Source: a virus (Duplodnaviria; Caudoviricetes). Taken from it: a DNA stretch of 64,000 nt. The stretch is taken from positions 6,291-70,290 of IMG/VR virus record IMGVR_UViG_3300038393_001822; one strand, 5' to 3'. Under the pieces are notes generated by a model. It was not told the DNA's origin and made no database searches. It saw only the letters and a program-made list of their open reading frames with translations. A program made the translations under genes and the position numbers. Of the stretch, positions 29,395 through 38,691 are shown piece after piece. Position 1 is the first letter of the stretch, and the number at the start of each line of letters is the position of its first letter.

Positions 29395-32192
29395 TTGAAA
29401 AGGAGTGGTTATGTGCTAGGTAAAAAAGTTGAAATAATTGATGAGACAAATTTTTATTGGGGAATGATAGGCAAAATTATACAGGTAGAACCTAAAGCTG
29501 TATTAGTAGAAATACGTTTTACCCTCAATATTACACAAAATGTATGGTTTTTTACTGAGCAAGTTGAAATTATTGACAAATAAAAGTCAGGTTTTATTAT
29601 AAAAGGGGATGAATTAAGTGGATAAATTATATGGTATAAAAGAAAAATATATGTCTTGGGAATATGATTTCAATTTAACTAAAGAAGATATTGATTGGCT
29701 TATTGAAACCGTTAAACAGCAACAAGAAGAATTAAATCAATTAAGTGATTTATATGATAAAGTTTTAAATCATCGTGAGAAATTAATCAATGAAAATTTT
29801 AAATTGCTTCAAGACAGAAATATGTGGATTGAAGGATCTTCGCAGCAAAGTAAACAAATTAGGGAGTTAGAAAGTGAAATTGTTGCTCTAAAAAATGCAA
29901 ATAATTCAATATGAAAGAGTTATTTTATTGGGGGAACGAGGTGAAAGTAAATGATAAGTAAGTTTCCAGTTCAAGGAAAATTAGATGAGTACAAAGTATC
30001 CGTCAATCAAAAATATGTGTGTTTAGGTATGTATTCATGGGAAGTAGTAATTTATAAGTACAATCCTAATAAGATATTTTTCAAACATAAAAAATTATAT
30101 ACATACAATTCAGGATGGAATCATTATAAAGATTGGATAGGAAAATACGTTGAGTTAGCAAAAGAAGTAGTTAAAGAATATGAGGATGAAATAATTCAAG
30201 AACGAAATGATGAAATAAATCATCAAAAAGGATTAAAACAATTTGCAGCTTGGGATGGAAAATTAAAAAAATAATGCTTAGAGGTGAGAATGGTCATGAT
30301 AGAAAAACTAGAAGATATAATTTTTACAGATCAATATGGAAATATTTTAGGTCGTAGACCAAATAATGAAGATATTATAAGAAAAGTAAATGAAATAATT
30401 GAATACATAAACAAGGAAAGTAAATAAAAGATAGTTTTTATAAGGAGTGAAATGATGAAAATTTTAGGTAAGAAAACGGTTATTGAATATGTCTACGATA
30501 GTAAAGAAGAAGCCATTCTGCATGAAGAAATTATGAAAAAAGATGGATGGCAATGTGAAGTAGTTGGTCATTTTATGATTCCTAACTTTAAAAGCTACTC
30601 TAAAAGACATAAAGAAGGAGCATTTCTTTAATTTTAGTCATTAGAATGTTGTTTTTGAGGGAGGTGAAGAAATGTTCTTAAAACATTTTCAATACAAATA
30701 TAGCATGTATGATTATGAAGTTTACTCAATATTTGATTATTTTTATGATGAAGTTTTTAGTATACAAATCTATCATGATGGAAGACATAGCATATTGATA
30801 AATAAAAGATCATTAACGAATGAAGAATTGAATGAATTAAAACTAATTAAAACAAAAGTAAAATACATTTAAAATGTTGTTTTTAATGGAGGTGAATAAA
30901 TGAATAATAAAAAATCTGCTCTTGAGATTAGCAATGAGATAGGATTTTCATTTTCTAAATCATCTATAGAAAATTATATTAAGTATTTAGAAATGGAAAA
31001 TAAATTACTTAAACAAGGAATCCAAAAATTTATTGATAAAAATTTTACAGGTGGAAGTAAATCTGATCGTGAAGATTATGCTCAGATGGTTAGCTGCAAG
31101 GATATTTATGATTTAAGGGAATTAATTAAATGAAATCTTACTTTTATTAAGGGGAAATAATAATGAATAATATCAAAGTAGAAGTTGAAGGTTTAAAAGT
31201 AAAAATTAAACAGTACCCAAGAGAAATAGACTTGAAGTTTTCTACGCAATTTGAATTAGATGTATTCTTATTGCAACTTGTATTTGCAGAATTAGAAGTA
31301 ATTGAATAAAAATACTTTTATGAGGTGACGATATGCCAGATAAAGATAGTTGGTGGAAGGGCGAAGAAGAACCTGCCGATAAAGATTCATGGTGGCGAGA
31401 TAGATAAAAATACTTTTTTATTAAGGAGATTAAGATAATGAAAAAACTAATTGAAAAATTAATCGCACAATTTGAGGATGAAATTGCAGAAATTGAAGAA
31501 GTATATGGATCTGAATGGGAAGATTTTAATCCTATGGATGCAAGTGGTGGAAACTTTGATGATGCATATAATTTAGGCTATGAACATGGTCAAGTTTATG
31601 GTAGATACGAATTGCTAAAAGAATTGTTAAAAGACTGTAATTAATAAAAAATCTATTTTATTAAATAAAAATTAGGAGGAATTATAAATGGATTTAAGAG
31701 GGTACAGATACGAAGGTCATAGAGTTGATTTTAAATATACACCTACTGTTAAAGCTACAGAATTTAAAGAAAAAGTGTTTAGTATTTTAAAGTTGATTTA
31801 CGACAATGAACTATGTGGCATAAAATTTGAACACTATGGAACAAAGGTTGAAGTGTCATTTGATGGTAAATCATTCACAATAGACAGTGTAAAATCTATT
31901 AGATTTTTATAAGTAGATAAAAATTCTCTTTTATTAAGGAAGTGATGTTATGAAAGGTATTTTGAAAAATAGATTTGACTTGTTAGAACTCGATTGGGAT
32001 GAAGTAGAAGATGGTAAAATACAAAATATTGACAAAGATGATGTATTTACTTTTGAATTTAATGAGGAAGTAGAAATTTTAAAAGTAATCAAAGACAAGT
32101 CATATATTGATGGAAAAGCCTATGTAATTCTAAACAGAAACAACGACAGCATGACGGTATCTTCTATTTTAGTTGAATTAATTAATGAATAA
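29395..32192 (+). other. array of small hypothetical CDS (including 29395-29583, 29618-29914, 29951-30274, 30672-30872, 30900-31133, 31438-31644, 31688-31912, 31950-32192 and several under 60 aa)
   Basis: ORF track and hand translation; nearly every junction has the 16-bp palindrome. Confidence 0.7.
31333..31407 (+). CDS. 24-aa minigene with a duplicated DKDSWW motif
   Basis: MPDKDSWWKGEEEPADKDSWWRDR; RBS gaggtg; stop lies in a junction palindrome. Confidence 0.6.
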   Translation: MPDKDSWWKGEEEPADKDSWWRDR

Positions 32193-32225
32193 AATTTGAG
32201 TTTTATTATGTTTTAGGAGGTAAAA

Positions 32226-33011
32226 ATGAGTAAAGAAATATTAGGAAGCTTAGAGATTAATAGAATTTATCAAATGAGTTGTATCGAGGGGATGAAATTA
32301 ATACCTGGTAGGTCAATTTCATTAATAGCAACTGACCCTCCATATGGGAAAGATTATAAGTCAAATTGGAGCAATACTTTTGAAAAGATTGATAATGACA
32401 ATAACTTAAATTGGCTTGAAAATTTATTTTTAGAATTAAACAGAATAACTAAAAACGATTCACATTTATATTGTTTTTCAAGTGCTGAATATTTAGGTGA
32501 ATTTATATTAGAGATTAAAAAATATTGGAAAATAAAAAATATAATTACAATACCGAGAACTATGAAAGGAGGAATAGGTGATTTAAAATCTTCTTTTTCG
32601 CCACAAAATGAATATGCTATTTTTGCTACAAAGGGAAGTAGACCTTTTGAAGAAACGCAAATTTTAAAACCAAGTGAAGTATATATGAAAGATAAACGTA
32701 AAAAACCTAAAGAGTGGTTATATAGACTTCCTGATTATTGGGATTGGTTAAAAGTAAGTGAACACAATTTAAAAAGAAAACACCCAACCCAAAAAACTGT
32801 AGATGTAATGGAAACAATGATTCAACTTTCGTCTAAGGAAGATGAATTAGTAATAGATCCGTTTATGGGAAGTGGTACTACTGCTGTTGCATGTTTAAAA
32901 AATAATAGGAAATTCATTGGTTTTGAAACAGAATCGAAATACATAGAGGTTGCAAATAAACGAATTGAAAGTACCTATAACGAATTAGATGATAAAAAAT
33001 TATTGGATTAA
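32226..33011 (+). CDS. DNA N6-adenine/N4-cytosine methyltransferase (beta class)
   Basis: TDPPY, HPTQK, DPFMGSGTT. Confidence 0.9.
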   Translation: MSKEILGSLEINRIYQMSCIEGMKLIPGRSISLIATDPPYGKDYKSNWSNTFEKIDNDNNLNWLENLFLELNRITKNDSHLYCFSSAEYLGEFILEIKKYWKIKNIITIPRTMKGGIGDLKSSFSPQNEYAIFATKGSRPFEETQILKPSEVYMKDKRKKPKEWLYRLPDYWDWLKVSEHNLKRKHPTQKTVDVMETMIQLSSKEDELVIDPFMGSGTTAVACLKNNRKFIGFETESKYIEVANKRIESTYNELDDKKLLD

Positions 33012-33025
33012 TAAGTGAATAAAAT

Positions 33026-33289
33026 TTGAATTTTGCCTTTGAACGAAAAGGCGAAGGAGTGAAACAAATGTATTGTACGGTTAAAGAAGGCGATTTAATA
33101 GAGTTTGGATATACAAACTGGAAAGGTGTAATGGGTGTAAGAAAGGCTATTGTCAAAGAGTTTTTCTTTGGCAAGACTGAATTTCACACTGATTATCAAA
33201 TGATGATAAGAGCCTTTGATTTGGATAAATTAGCCGAAAGAACGTTTGCGGTTAAAGATATGAAAGAGGTTGAAGTGATAAAAATTTAA
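33026..33289 (+). CDS. stand-alone WYL-like domain protein (likely start 33068)
   Basis: FGYTNWKG..R..FG.TEFH..Q..RAFDLDK..RTFAVKDM. Confidence 0.55.
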   Translation: MNFAFERKGEGVKQMYCTVKEGDLIEFGYTNWKGVMGVRKAIVKEFFFGKTEFHTDYQMMIRAFDLDKLAERTFAVKDMKEVEVIKI

Positions 33290-33543
33290 TTCATAGTACG
33301 AACAAATTAATCAAAATAAAACTTTCGTTTTAATTGAAATTAAGTAAATAAGGAGGTTTGATCATGAATTCAAATACTGCACTGGTTCTAATAAACTTAG
33401 GTGTTTTAGCCTTGACAGGAATAGTGTTTTTCCTTACTCATAGTTGGTGGTCTTTGATTATATTAATATTCATGTTTAAGACAGAAACACATAGCAATTA
33501 AAATTCTCATTTTAATAGATAAATAATTAGAAAGGGTGTTCAA

Positions 33544-34842
33544 ATGAGTTATGAAATGATGATAGAGTACGATAAAATTGCAACCGTACATTATGAGGAA
33601 AAGAAACGTTATGATAAATTGAAAGACAAAGAGACTTCTAAATATCATAAGCAACAATTTGAAAAATATGATGTTATGTCTTTTGATGAAATGGGAGATT
33701 TGAATGTTTCAGATTTATATATGGATCAAGTTTCGAAACAGCAAACAAGAGCATTACGTGTAGTAAGATATTCTCACTATAGAAACTGGCACAACTCAAC
33801 ATTAACCGAAAAAGAACGTTGGGGAATAGAATTAGTTAAAGAAGCACTAAAACGGTCTAAAAATCCAGTTGTAAGCTGCTCGTTTGGTATTGATTCAATT
33901 GTTACATTATACATAACTAGGAAAGCGTTAGCTGAATTAGGTCGTGATCCAAGTGAGATTCAAGTTATTTGGAATGATACATTGAATGAGTTTCCTGAAG
34001 TAAGGATATACGCTAATCAATTACGTAAAGATTGGAACTTAAACTTAATCATTAGTAAACCAAAAATTCCACTAAAGAAAGTAATTGAAAAGCATGGAGG
34101 TGTAGATTCATCCTATTTCTTTACTCGTAAAGGAGACAGAAGAAATGGTCAACCCTTATCTGAGAAATGTTGTGGCACATTAAAACACGAACCAATGAAA
34201 CGCTCAATTAAAGAAAATAATTGGGATTTAGTAATAAATGGACTAAGGGCAGATGAATCAACACAACGATTAAGAGCTGGGCTTCGAGATGGAGAATATT
34301 TTTACTCCTCTACAGAGTGGAAAGCATTTACTTGTAGACCGATAATGTGGATGAAAGAAGAAGATATTTGGGATTATGTAAAACAAGAAAATATACCTTA
34401 TAATGAATTATACGATAAAAATACCATAATGAAATATCCTGAAAATAATCAGGAAATAATACATAATAATAAAAGTGAATTAATTGAATATGAAGTTAAT
34501 GTAGATTCATTACAAAAGGAACAGTTACTTAATGTGTCTCGTAAACAATCAATCTTACTAAAAAAGTTAGGATATGACATATTCACACCACGTACAGGTT
34601 GTATGCAATGTCCAATACCAGTAAAATTTGGATATATGCAATGGATGAGATTAAATCATCCTAAGATTTTCAATAGTATGATACACAGTTTAGGGTATGG
34701 TAAAGCACTCATTACAATGATTCCTAAAGATGTAAAAGAAGAAATTGAATTTGTAATGGGAATTGATCTAACAGAAGAGAATGCACATGAATTTATGAAG
34801 GATATTTTACAAGCTAAACCTTGTGTATTTGATAAGTTTTAA
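33544..34842 (+). CDS. PAPS-reductase/DndC-like PP-loop protein
   Basis: SCSFGIDS, DTLNEFPE, CCGTLKHEP, GLRADES, RTGCMQCP. Confidence 0.85.
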   Translation: MSYEMMIEYDKIATVHYEEKKRYDKLKDKETSKYHKQQFEKYDVMSFDEMGDLNVSDLYMDQVSKQQTRALRVVRYSHYRNWHNSTLTEKERWGIELVKEALKRSKNPVVSCSFGIDSIVTLYITRKALAELGRDPSEIQVIWNDTLNEFPEVRIYANQLRKDWNLNLIISKPKIPLKKVIEKHGGVDSSYFFTRKGDRRNGQPLSEKCCGTLKHEPMKRSIKENNWDLVINGLRADESTQRLRAGLRDGEYFYSSTEWKAFTCRPIMWMKEEDIWDYVKQENIPYNELYDKNTIMKYPENNQEIIHNNKSELIEYEVNVDSLQKEQLLNVSRKQSILLKKLGYDIFTPRTGCMQCPIPVKFGYMQWMRLNHPKIFNSMIHSLGYGKALITMIPKDVKEEIEFVMGIDLTEENAHEFMKDILQAKPCVFDKF

Positions 34843-34871
34843 AATAAATTATATTAATAATACATAATTTG

Positions 34872-34919
34872 TATCTATATGTAGTATAAGGTTAGTACTG
34901 AACATACTACATATAGATA
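34872..34919. repeat. 16-bp perfect inverted repeat with 16-nt spacer
   Basis: tatctatatgtagtat / atactacatatagata. Confidence 0.8.
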
Positions 34920-34959
34920 TATTATCCAATAAAAGAAATATTTTAATAGGAGGTGACAT

Positions 34960-36093
34960 ATGTACATAAAAGAAAATGCTGCAACTACATATAACCTAGA
35001 ATTAAATGAAGATGAATACAAATTGTTAAGTAAAGTATTTGGTAAATTGATCTTTAATCCGGCTGGTGTGAGTAATGCTTTTAGATTTGAAAATGAGGAA
35101 ATTCAGGTTGTGAAAAATATTAGTGGTCAGTTGTACGTGTATAATAGGCAAAATTCGGTTTATTAAAACGGAGATTTTAAATTAATTATTGACAGTTAAA
35201 TATAAATATATTAATATTAAATATGAAAGGAGGTGATTCCCCTGCAACAACAAAACAAGAAAAGTCGGTTCAGAAAATGGGTCTGGAGAGTAATAATGAT
35301 AATTCTGATCTTACTAATGTTGCTGCAATTACACCATTATGATTTAGCATTACAAGAGTTAGCAAAACTGAACATTGAACAAAATGATACGATACATAAT
35401 ATGCAAAAAGAATTACATAATATTGAGTTACGGGATTTACAAATTAAATCAGATGTTAGTGATTTAAAACTTAAAATTAACGGACAGTTTCAAGATATAC
35501 ATAATGAAAAAATGCCTTCACCAGATCTACATAAGAAACATGATGTACATATAACGACTTTTAGTCCAACAAGTATTATCACAACTACAACAGTTACAGT
35601 ATTAACACTTTTGAGGGGAATAAGTAGTTTAATACCTGCGTTTAATTAAAGGAGGTAGTTTAATTGGATTATAGAGAGCAAGTTTTAGAGACTTACTTAA
35701 ATTCGTTGACTGCAATGGGAGCATCAGAGAAAATCATACGTGCAGCTTTGATGGCATTCGATACCGGCTTTTCTTGTGGAATATTGAATGGTCAAGATGG
35801 AGAAACACAAATGGCAATGATTGATGCTTTATCATATCAAAAACAAATACATTAATAGATTAGGAGGGAAGTAAATGAACTTTACAGAGATCACTAAAAA
35901 GATGAATGAAATGTTTACAAAGACAGGTAAAGTACCAGTTAAAGTAAAAGTTAATTCTTACTGGTACGAAAAACAATTACAAGGAAATTTCGTTTTACAT
36001 AATCCGAATGAAAATTTAATTGAAAAATTAACAGGATTACCAACAAGTATTGATAACAATGTAGATACATTCGAATTTGTTTATGAATCTTAG
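34960..36093 (+). other. four hypothetical CDS (34960-35166, 35233-35649 TM/coiled-coil, 35664-35855, 35875-36093)
   Basis: ORF track; RBSs present. Confidence 0.6.
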
Positions 36094-36127
36094 AAGTTAA
36101 AAGGCGAACTAAAAAGGAGAGGTTAAA

Positions 36128-36454
36128 ATGCCTAAATTTGAATTTGATGTTGAAAGAATAGGTTTAATTAATGATGGTTCACATACGTTTGATGAGTTGT
36201 ATTACCATCGAATGATGTTATTTTCGATTATCTGCAATCAAAATAAGGATAGAGCTTGGAAATCTTGGAAACACGATGATAATACAATGTTTGATGACTA
36301 TTTCATTGTGGGGATTGAGACACCAGAAGGTAATTATACCTATCATTATCACAAAGATTATTGGGATTTGTTCAAGGTTAAGGAATTTGCTTTTTCTCCA
36401 CCTTATGACGGACACAAACCAGAAGATATTACACGTTTACTAAGTTTGCTTTAA
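36128..36454 (+). CDS. WDGH-family protein (paralog of 11188-11514)
   Basis: DGSHTFDELYYHR...YDGHKPEDITRLLSLL. Confidence 0.75.
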   Translation: MPKFEFDVERIGLINDGSHTFDELYYHRMMLFSIICNQNKDRAWKSWKHDDNTMFDDYFIVGIETPEGNYTYHYHKDYWDLFKVKEFAFSPPYDGHKPEDITRLLSLL

Positions 36455-36486
36455 GACACAATACGAAACAAATAGCGTCTTAACTA

Positions 36487-36560
36487 AAAAAGTTTGTGAA
36501 AATATATAGCTTAGAAACAATGTTATATCAAGGTTTATTTTAAAAATTCACAAACTTTTT
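36487..36560. repeat. long hairpin element with 14-bp terminal inverted repeat (copy 1)
   Basis: aaaaagtttgtgaa / ttcacaaacttttt; second copy at 56446-56517. Confidence 0.8.
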
Positions 36561-36642
36561 CACATTAAAATGTACCTTTTATTTACAACTTAGAATATCC
36601 TCTATGATAAAAATATATTAATAAATAAGGAGAGGATTAATT

Positions 36643-37437
36643 ATGTTATTAGAAAATCGTATAGCAATTATAACCGGAGCAGGATCAGGGATCGGAGAAG
36701 CTACAGCTAAATTATTCGCAAAAGAAGGTGCTGTTGTTGTGGTAGCCGATGCAAATTGGGACGGTGCTAAAAGAGTTTCTGATGAAATTAATGAGATGTA
36801 TGAGACTCCAATTCCAATGCAACTTAATCATGATTCTGAAATGTGGCATCGTGAATATAAATCAATTCCTATTTGGGTGGATGTTACTAATCGTAAGAAT
36901 GTAGATAGTATGGTATGGGATGTCATTCATACTTTTGGACGTATTGATATTTTGATAAATAATGCTGGAATTACAATGGATAAAACATTAGTTAAAATGA
37001 CACAGGAACAATGGGATCAAGTAATTGCAGTAAATCAAACTGGAGTATTTAATTGTACTCAAGCAGTTGTTCCTCATATGGTAAATGAAGGATTTGGAAG
37101 GATTGTAACTACAAGTTCTATTGTAGGTGAATCAGGTAATATCGGCCAAACGAATTATAGTGCCACAAAGGCAGCAGTAATTGCAATGACTAAAACATGG
37201 GCAAAAGAATTAGGTAAAAAAGGTATTACTGCAAATTGTGTTGCTCCCGGTTTTATCAGGACTCCAATGACTGCAAAAATGCCACCAGAAGTATTAGCTA
37301 ATATGGAAAATATGGTTCCGTTAAAAAGACTTGGGGAAGCTGAAGATATTGCAAATTCCTTCCTGTTCCTTGTAAGTGATATGGGTAAATACATTAATGG
37401 TGCAGTGATCGATGTTAATGGTGGTCTGAGTATATAA
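36643..37437 (+). CDS. FabG/PhaB-like short-chain dehydrogenase
   Basis: TGAGSGIG, NNAG, YSATK, PGFIRT. Confidence 0.9.
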   Translation: MLLENRIAIITGAGSGIGEATAKLFAKEGAVVVVADANWDGAKRVSDEINEMYETPIPMQLNHDSEMWHREYKSIPIWVDVTNRKNVDSMVWDVIHTFGRIDILINNAGITMDKTLVKMTQEQWDQVIAVNQTGVFNCTQAVVPHMVNEGFGRIVTTSSIVGESGNIGQTNYSATKAAVIAMTKTWAKELGKKGITANCVAPGFIRTPMTAKMPPEVLANMENMVPLKRLGEAEDIANSFLFLVSDMGKYINGAVIDVNGGLSI

Positions 37438-37473
37438 ATTTGAAAATAAATAAAATTAATTTGATAAAAACTA

Positions 37474-37502
37474 TTGCATATAAATAATTAATTTGATAAT
37501 AT
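37474..37502 (+). promoter_or_regulatory. sigmaA-type promoter of the repeated family
   Basis: ttgcat-17-taatat with aattaatttga spacer. Confidence 0.6.
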
Positions 37503-37534
37503 AAATAGTGTAGTAAATAACTTAATGAAAGGAA

Positions 37535-38329
37535 GTGATGAAAATTAAAGGCGAGAAAAATTTAGGGAAAATACGTGTTGGAAAAGCTGGTTTAAATAAG
37601 TATGGATCGACAATGAAGGTAATTGAATATAATAGTTATTTTGATATCTATGTAGAATTTTTAGAAACTGGTGAAGTAGTAAAATCAACATGGCAAAGGT
37701 TTACAAATAGTGATGTCAGAAGTGATTATGATAAGGTAAAATGTGGAATTGGTTATATCGGAAAAGGTCAATATCAACCTTACATAAATGGTATGTTGAC
37801 AACACAATATGCAACGTGGAGTGAAATGTTGCGAAGGTGTTACGATGAAAAATTCCAAAAAATGCGACCAACATATAAAGGATGTACTGTAGATGAAAGT
37901 TGGCATAATTTCCAAAACTTCGCAGCTTGGTATGATAAAAATTTTTATGAAATAGACGGAGAAAGAATGGAATTAGAAAAAGATATTCTCATTAAAGGCA
38001 ATAAGGTATATAGTCCAGAAACGTGTGTTTTTGCTCCTCATTCCATTAATTCATTATTTGTGAAAGGAAACTCTATAAGAGGTGAATTTCCAATAGGAGT
38101 GTATCGACATACACAAACAAATAAATATATTGCACAATGTAAAATAAGTTTAAACGGAGTAAAGAAAACTATTAATCTAGGTATTTACGAAACACCAGAA
38201 AGAGCATTTATTGCATACAAAAGTTATAAAGAAAATTTAATTAAACAAAAAGCAGAAAATTATAAAGATAAAATACCTTCAAAATTATATGAAGCGATGA
38301 TCAATTACAAAGTCGAAATAACGGATTAA
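37535..38329 (+). CDS. putative homing endonuclease, paralog of 24223-24996
   Basis: WSEMLRRCY, WHNFQNFA, EKDIL, YSPETCVF. Confidence 0.7.
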   Translation: MMKIKGEKNLGKIRVGKAGLNKYGSTMKVIEYNSYFDIYVEFLETGEVVKSTWQRFTNSDVRSDYDKVKCGIGYIGKGQYQPYINGMLTTQYATWSEMLRRCYDEKFQKMRPTYKGCTVDESWHNFQNFAAWYDKNFYEIDGERMELEKDILIKGNKVYSPETCVFAPHSINSLFVKGNSIRGEFPIGVYRHTQTNKYIAQCKISLNGVKKTINLGIYETPERAFIAYKSYKENLIKQKAENYKDKIPSKLYEAMINYKVEITD

Positions 38330-38340
38330 TAATAAAGGAG

Positions 38341-38667
38341 GTGACTAAATTGAAATTAGTTACTATTTCAGATACGGCTTTCCAATATTATAAACGCAAA
38401 GTTCGAAATAATAAAGATATTACATATGATTTATCAAGACGAAAATTAACAAGAAATATTCTTCTTGCTAAGAAAATTCCAGCTAGAAATGAAGAAGAGA
38501 TCCAAAAAGGAAATGAGTTATACATATATGGAAATCTCTACATACTTAAAAGAGGGAATCGAGTAATTCATCTTTGGAATCATAAAAACACCAACGCAAT
38601 TGCAGACTGGGAAGTAGATGAAGCAAAACGTGCTGATTTATCAAGAGAACTAGGAATAATAGATTAA
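38341..38667 (+). CDS. hypothetical protein
   Basis: ORF track; RBS aaaggaggtg. Confidence 0.65.
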   Translation: MTKLKLVTISDTAFQYYKRKVRNNKDITYDLSRRKLTRNILLAKKIPARNEEEIQKGNELYIYGNLYILKRGNRVIHLWNHKNTNAIADWEVDEAKRADLSRELGIID

Positions 38668-38691
38668 TATATTAGGAGGAATTATACATAT

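Noticed and set aside
21584-34842. Dnd phosphorothioation system (DndB-like plus DndC-like)
   Set aside because: Genes are 10 kb apart, no DndD/DndE or cysteine desulfurase was seen, and the DndB-like gene is the normal yopQ-position gene
34872-34919. Second attP
   Set aside because: Shares only a GTAGT-like arm with the 59903 site and is not next to a recombinase
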